Source: Myxococcota bacterium (GTDB taxonomy: Bacteria > Myxococcota_A > UBA9160 > UBA4427). Taken from it: a stretch of DNA of 29,447 nucleotides. Under the pieces are notes generated by a model, which worked only from the letters and a program-made list of their open reading frames with translations, made no database searches and had not been told where the DNA came from. The first letter of the stretch is position 1. Each line of letters begins with the position of its first letter. The DNA lies in the NCBI GenBank assembly GCA_036336835.1, contig JAYZFK010000059.1, positions 1 to 29,447 on the forward strand, read 5' to 3'. The translations under genes and the position numbers were made by a program. Below are positions 25,439-29,447 of the stretch, one piece after another.

Positions 25439-26185
25439 GTGGGCTACGAGACGATCCTGTACACGGTCGATGCGCGTGTCGCGACGATTACGCTGAACCG
25501 ACCGGAGAAGCTCAACGCCTACGTGCCCGAGATGGGCAACGAGATCGTGGCGGCCTTCGCGGCCGCGCGGGAAGACGCAGAGGTCGGAGCCGTCGTCGTC
25601 ACGGGAGCGGGCCGCGGCTTCTGCGCAGGCGTCGACCTCGATCGTTTGAAGGAGGACAGAGCGGCGGCGGCAGCCGGGCAGGGCAGGCCCGGGCCCCCGA
25701 TCGGCCAGGAGGCGTTCGTCCGCAGCTTCCCCGAGGAGCTCCTCAACTTTCCGAAGCCGACGATCGCGGCGGTCAATGGGGCTGCGATCGGGGTCGGTGT
25801 CACGTTCATTCTGCCGTTCGATCTGCGCATTGCCGCGGCCGGTGCGAAGCTGGCAGTGCCGTTCACCAAGCTCGGGATGCTGCCGGGTCTCGGCAGCTCG
25901 CATCTGCTTCCGGCGTTGATCGGGCTGGTCAAGGCCAAGGAGCTGGTGCTGACGGCGCGCACGATCCTGGCGGAAGAAGCCGAGCGGATCGGGCTCGTCA
26001 ACCAGGTGGTCCCGGCCGACGAGTTGCTGGCGACCGTGGGCGAACTCGCGCGCGATCTCGCCGGGCGCGATCCGCGCGTGCTGGCGGCTGCGAAGCGTTC
26101 GATCCTCTTCGGCGCACAGGCGTCGATGGCCGAGGCGATGAAGAACGAGCAGCGCGAAGGGGAGGCAGCGCGCGGCGGCTCGTGA
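25439..26185 (+). CDS. Crotonase (enoyl-CoA hydratase/isomerase) family protein
   Basis: ITLNRPEKLNA, TGAGRGFCAGVDL, KPTIAAVNGAAIG and EAERIGLVN. Confidence 0.9.
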   Translation: MGYETILYTVDARVATITLNRPEKLNAYVPEMGNEIVAAFAAAREDAEVGAVVVTGAGRGFCAGVDLDRLKEDRAAAAAGQGRPGPPIGQEAFVRSFPEELLNFPKPTIAAVNGAAIGVGVTFILPFDLRIAAAGAKLAVPFTKLGMLPGLGSSHLLPALIGLVKAKELVLTARTILAEEAERIGLVNQVVPADELLATVGELARDLAGRDPRVLAAAKRSILFGAQASMAEAMKNEQREGEAARGGS

Positions 26186-26216
26186 GCGGCCTGCGCGGAG
26201 CGCCGGAGGGCACGCG

Positions 26217-27098
26217 TCAGCGGCCCGGAGCGCGCCGAAAGCCCTCGATCAGCTGTCGCTCTTCGCACAAACGCTGGGCGTCGACGTGCCGGCCGCCGCG
26301 CAGCGGATCGGCTTCGGCGTCGGTCGCGAGCCAGGCGATCACGGCCGCGGGAACCTCGGGCCCCGCCCCCGCGAAGGTTCCCCCGAACTGGTCGCCGCCG
26401 TGCATGGCCTTCTGTGCCTCGGTCAGGATGTAGCCCGGATTCAGATTGAAGCAGCGGATCCCATCGTCGCCGTGCTCGACGTGGAGGATGCCGGCGAGCT
26501 TGTGGAAGGCGGCCTTCGATGCGGCATACGCATAGCCCCAGCCGCCCCGCCCGGTGGGTGCGGGAGGGTCGATCAACGCAGAGCCCGAAGTCATGTTCAC
26601 GATGGTGCCACCGGAGCCCCGTTCGAGCATTGCGGTGAGCACGTGCTGGGTGATGTGGATCTGCGCGAACACGTTGCCCCGGAAGATCTTCTCGGTCTCC
26701 TCGCCTCGCAGCCCGGCGAACGGCTCCATCAGACCGGGGCCCTGATAGATGCCGTTGTTGAGCAGCAGGTCGATGTGGCCCCACTCCGCGTAGGTTCGAT
26801 CGAGGGCGGCGTCGATCGAGGAGAAGTCCATCAGGTCGAGGCGGATGGGGAGCGCGTCGCGACCGCGTTTGCGGACCTCCTCGGCGGTGAGCTCGATGCT
26901 GCCGGGCAGTGACATCTTCCGCGACAGCTCGCGGGTCGAGCCGTAGTCGTACCGTTCGCCCTCGCGAACGGTTCGCGCCGTGACCACGACGTCGAATCCC
27001 GCCTCGGCGAGCGCGATCGCGGAAGCCTTTCCGATTCCACGGCTGGCTCCGGTGATGAAGGCGACGCGCCGGGTCGGAGAGGAGGTGTCCTTGGACAT
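26217..27098 (-). CDS. SDR-family oxidoreductase
   Basis: ITGASRGIG, LLLNNG and a YAASK catalytic motif. Confidence 0.88.
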   Translation of the reverse strand: MSKDTSSPTRRVAFITGASRGIGKASAIALAEAGFDVVVTARTVREGERYDYGSTRELSRKMSLPGSIELTAEEVRKRGRDALPIRLDLMDFSSIDAALDRTYAEWGHIDLLLNNGIYQGPGLMEPFAGLRGEETEKIFRGNVFAQIHITQHVLTAMLERGSGGTIVNMTSGSALIDPPAPTGRGGWGYAYAASKAAFHKLAGILHVEHGDDGIRCFNLNPGYILTEAQKAMHGGDQFGGTFAGAGPEVPAAVIAWLATDAEADPLRGGRHVDAQRLCEERQLIEGFRRAPGR

Positions 27099-27108
27099 CG
27101 CGCGGCGC

Positions 27109-27118
27109 AGTCTATCAT
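27109..27118. promoter_or_regulatory. Overlapping divergent -10 elements (minus strand TGA-TAGACT; plus strand TATCAT)
   Basis: Both lie in the 39-bp gap between the divergent SDR and crotonase genes. Confidence 0.45.
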
Positions 27119-27137
27119 CCCGTAAACAGGAGGCACT

Positions 27138-27917
27138 GTGTCCGACCCGCTACTGCTCTTCGAGATTTGCGACGGCACGGCCGTCCTAACGCTCAACCGG
27201 CCCTCCGCGCGCAACGCACTGTCGGTTGCGCTGCAGGATGCGCTGATCGCCCGGCTGCGCGAGGTCGACCAACGCGATGACGTTGGCGCTGCCGTGCTCA
27301 CGGGCGCTGGCTCCGCGTTCTGCGCGGGCTTCGACCTGAAGGAGATCGCGTCCGGGTTCGGCGGGGGCGACGGCGGTGGCCGCCAGACGGAGCTCGCCGC
27401 ACTGATCGACGGACTGTCCAAGCCGCTGATCGGTGCGATCAACGGCCATGCGATCACCGGCGGCTTCGAGCTGGCGCTCGCCTGTGATGTGCTGATCGCG
27501 TCGAGCAACGCGCGCTTTGCGGACACCCACACGCGCGTGGGGATGGTTCCGGGCTGGGGCTTGTCGCAGCGACTGCCCCGCCTGATCGGCACCTATCGGG
27601 CCAAGGAGCTGTCGCTGACCGGCAACTTCATCGATGCCGAGAGGGCAGAGCGCTGGGGGTTGGTGAATCGTGTGGTCGCACCCGACGAGCTGTTGCCGAC
27701 CTGCCTGGGGCTGGCGGCCGACATGAACAGCTGCGTCCCCGAGGCCAATCGCGAGTCGAAGCGGCTGATCGACGAGGGCTTCGCGCGCGCTTTCGGGGAG
27801 GCGCTCGCGTGCGAGGCGCGCGATGCGGTGGCCTGGGCGAAGCAGGTCAGTGGAGAGATGGTCGGCGAGCGCCGCGAGGGCATCCTCGCGCGCGGTCGCT
27901 CGCAGAGCCGCGGCTGA
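27138..27917 (+). CDS. Enoyl-CoA hydratase (crotonase family)
   Basis: LTLNRP.ARNAL, AFCAGFDLKE, AITGGFELALACD and FADTHTRVG..PGWG. SD AGGAGG. Confidence 0.9.
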   Translation: MSDPLLLFEICDGTAVLTLNRPSARNALSVALQDALIARLREVDQRDDVGAAVLTGAGSAFCAGFDLKEIASGFGGGDGGGRQTELAALIDGLSKPLIGAINGHAITGGFELALACDVLIASSNARFADTHTRVGMVPGWGLSQRLPRLIGTYRAKELSLTGNFIDAERAERWGLVNRVVAPDELLPTCLGLAADMNSCVPEANRESKRLIDEGFARAFGEALACEARDAVAWAKQVSGEMVGERREGILARGRSQSRG

Positions 27918-27931
27918 GCTCCAGCAGGCCG

Positions 27932-29446
27932 CTAGATCTTGCGGGTGTGCCCCGCCCAGTACGGGTCGCGCAGCCGGCGCACGTACAGCTTGCCCGAGAG
28001 GTGACGCGGCAGCGTCGCCTCGAAGTCGATCGAGCGCGGCGCCTTGTAGCTCGCGAGTCGCTCGCGGGCGAAGGCCACGAGTTCGGCCGCCAGCGCGTCG
28101 GAGGCTTCGGCTCCGGGCGCCAGCTCCACCGCGGCCTTCACGCTCTCGCCCCACTCCTCGTCCGGGATGCCGAAGACGGCGACGTCGGTCACCGCCGGAT
28201 GGGCGATGAGCACCTGCTCGATCTCGGCCGGGTAGATGTTCACGCCGCCGGAGATGATCATGTTCGATTTTCGATCCGCCAGATGGACGAACCCGTCCGC
28301 GTCAATGAAACCCATGTCGCCCAACGTGAAGACGCCGGGCTCGAGGTACGCCGCCTCGGTCTTGACGGGGTCGCCGTGGTACTCGAAGGCGCGATCGAAG
28401 CGCGAGTCGCGGCAGTAGAGCGTGCCGATCTCGCCCACCGACAGGCGTCTTCCACTGTCATCGATGGCAAACACCTCGAACGCGGGCAGCGCTCTTCCGA
28501 CGGTTCCCGGGTGCGCGAGCCACTGCTCCGAGTCGACGATGGTGTTGACGCCGCCCTCGGTACCGCCCCAGTACTCGAGCAGGATCGGTCCCCACCAGTC
28601 GATCATCTCGCGCTTGACCTGCGGCGATACCGGCGCTGCACCGTGGAGCACCCGGTGAAGCGCCGGCCGCGCGTAGCGCGTCCTCACGTCGTCGGGCAGT
28701 CGCAGCAGGCGGACGAACATCGTCGGGACCAGGTGCGTGTGGCGGATCTCGCGCTCTTCGATCAGCTGGAGACAGTGCTCGTCGTCCCAGCGCGGCATGA
28801 TCACGACCGGCGCTCCGTTCTGCTGCTCGTAGATCGCGAGCATCAACGGTGCGGCGTGATACAGCGGTCCGGTCACCAGGTGCGGACCGCCGCCATCGAG
28901 ATCGATCGAGGCGGCGTAGGCGCGTTGCGCCGCGAGAGCTGCATCGAGCGTGGCGGGGCGCACGCGCTTCACCCCCTTGGGCAAGCCGGTGGTGCCGCTC
29001 GTGTAGATCATGTTGCCGCCGGCGGGTCCCGACAGATCGATCGGCGCGTCGGAGGCCCGAGCGAGCCAGGCTTCGAGTTCGTCGCCCACCTCGATCACCT
29101 CGGGCGCTCCTGCGGCGCGGGCCAGCGTGGCCCGCTCTGCGTCGGCGAAGACCACGCGGGCGTGCGAATCCTGAACGACGTAGGCGATCTCGTCGGGGGT
29201 CAGGTGCCAGTTGATCGGTGTGACCCAGGCGCCGGCTGCGATCCCGGCGACGAGGCCTTCGACCGCCTCCGCGCGATTGTGCATCAGCAGTGCGACATGA
29301 TCGTCGGGCCCCAGGCCAAAGTCGTCGCGCAGGCCGTTGGCCATCCGCGTGATGCGGTCCTCGAGCTCGGCCCAGCTGCGGCGCTGCTCGAGGTCGTCGA
29401 GGGCGAGCCCTTGCGGGTCGGTCCGAGAGGAGGCGAACAAGGGCAC
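27932..29446 (-). CDS. Acyl-CoA synthetase (AMP-binding); start lies at the window edge
   Basis: YTSGTTGLPKG, PLYHAAP, EYWGGTE, LGDMG, DRKSNMIISGGVNIYP and SGKL. Confidence 0.92.
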   Translation of the reverse strand: MPLFASSRTDPQGLALDDLEQRRSWAELEDRITRMANGLRDDFGLGPDDHVALLMHNRAEAVEGLVAGIAAGAWVTPINWHLTPDEIAYVVQDSHARVVFADAERATLARAAGAPEVIEVGDELEAWLARASDAPIDLSGPAGGNMIYTSGTTGLPKGVKRVRPATLDAALAAQRAYAASIDLDGGGPHLVTGPLYHAAPLMLAIYEQQNGAPVVIMPRWDDEHCLQLIEEREIRHTHLVPTMFVRLLRLPDDVRTRYARPALHRVLHGAAPVSPQVKREMIDWWGPILLEYWGGTEGGVNTIVDSEQWLAHPGTVGRALPAFEVFAIDDSGRRLSVGEIGTLYCRDSRFDRAFEYHGDPVKTEAAYLEPGVFTLGDMGFIDADGFVHLADRKSNMIISGGVNIYPAEIEQVLIAHPAVTDVAVFGIPDEEWGESVKAAVELAPGAEASDALAAELVAFARERLASYKAPRSIDFEATLPRHLSGKLYVRRLRDPYWAGHTRKI

Positions 29447-29447
29447 C

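Overview
GC-rich window from a probable Gram-negative bacterium: it encodes an outer-membrane beta-barrel and has a sigma-54 promoter; a Myxococcota/deltaproteobacterial-type host is inferred, not shown. Most of it is an actinobacterial-style steroid/branched-lipid catabolic region: three alpha/beta acyl-CoA dehydrogenase pairs, a MaoC hydratase pair, an AMACR-like family III CoA-transferase, a DUF35 plus Ltp-type thiolase pair, a KshA/Neverland-type Rieske oxygenase, two acyl-CoA ligases, two crotonases, three SDRs, two LLM oxidoreductases and a SnoaL/NTF2 protein. Several cell-surface genes are interspersed. Two TMTC-like GT-C/TPR glycosyltransferases each sit at the end of a catabolic gene run. 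An orphan flp pilin gene (missing from the ORF track) lies next to a prepilin peptidase, behind a near-consensus sigma-54 promoter. There is a stand-alone secreted DUF4329/JAB-like protein with an altered metal motif. A partial beta-barrel gene at the left edge (also missing from the ORF track) carries a ~200-aa, Cys-paired insertion. I recognised no RNA genes, CRISPR arrays, mobile elements or transcription regulators.
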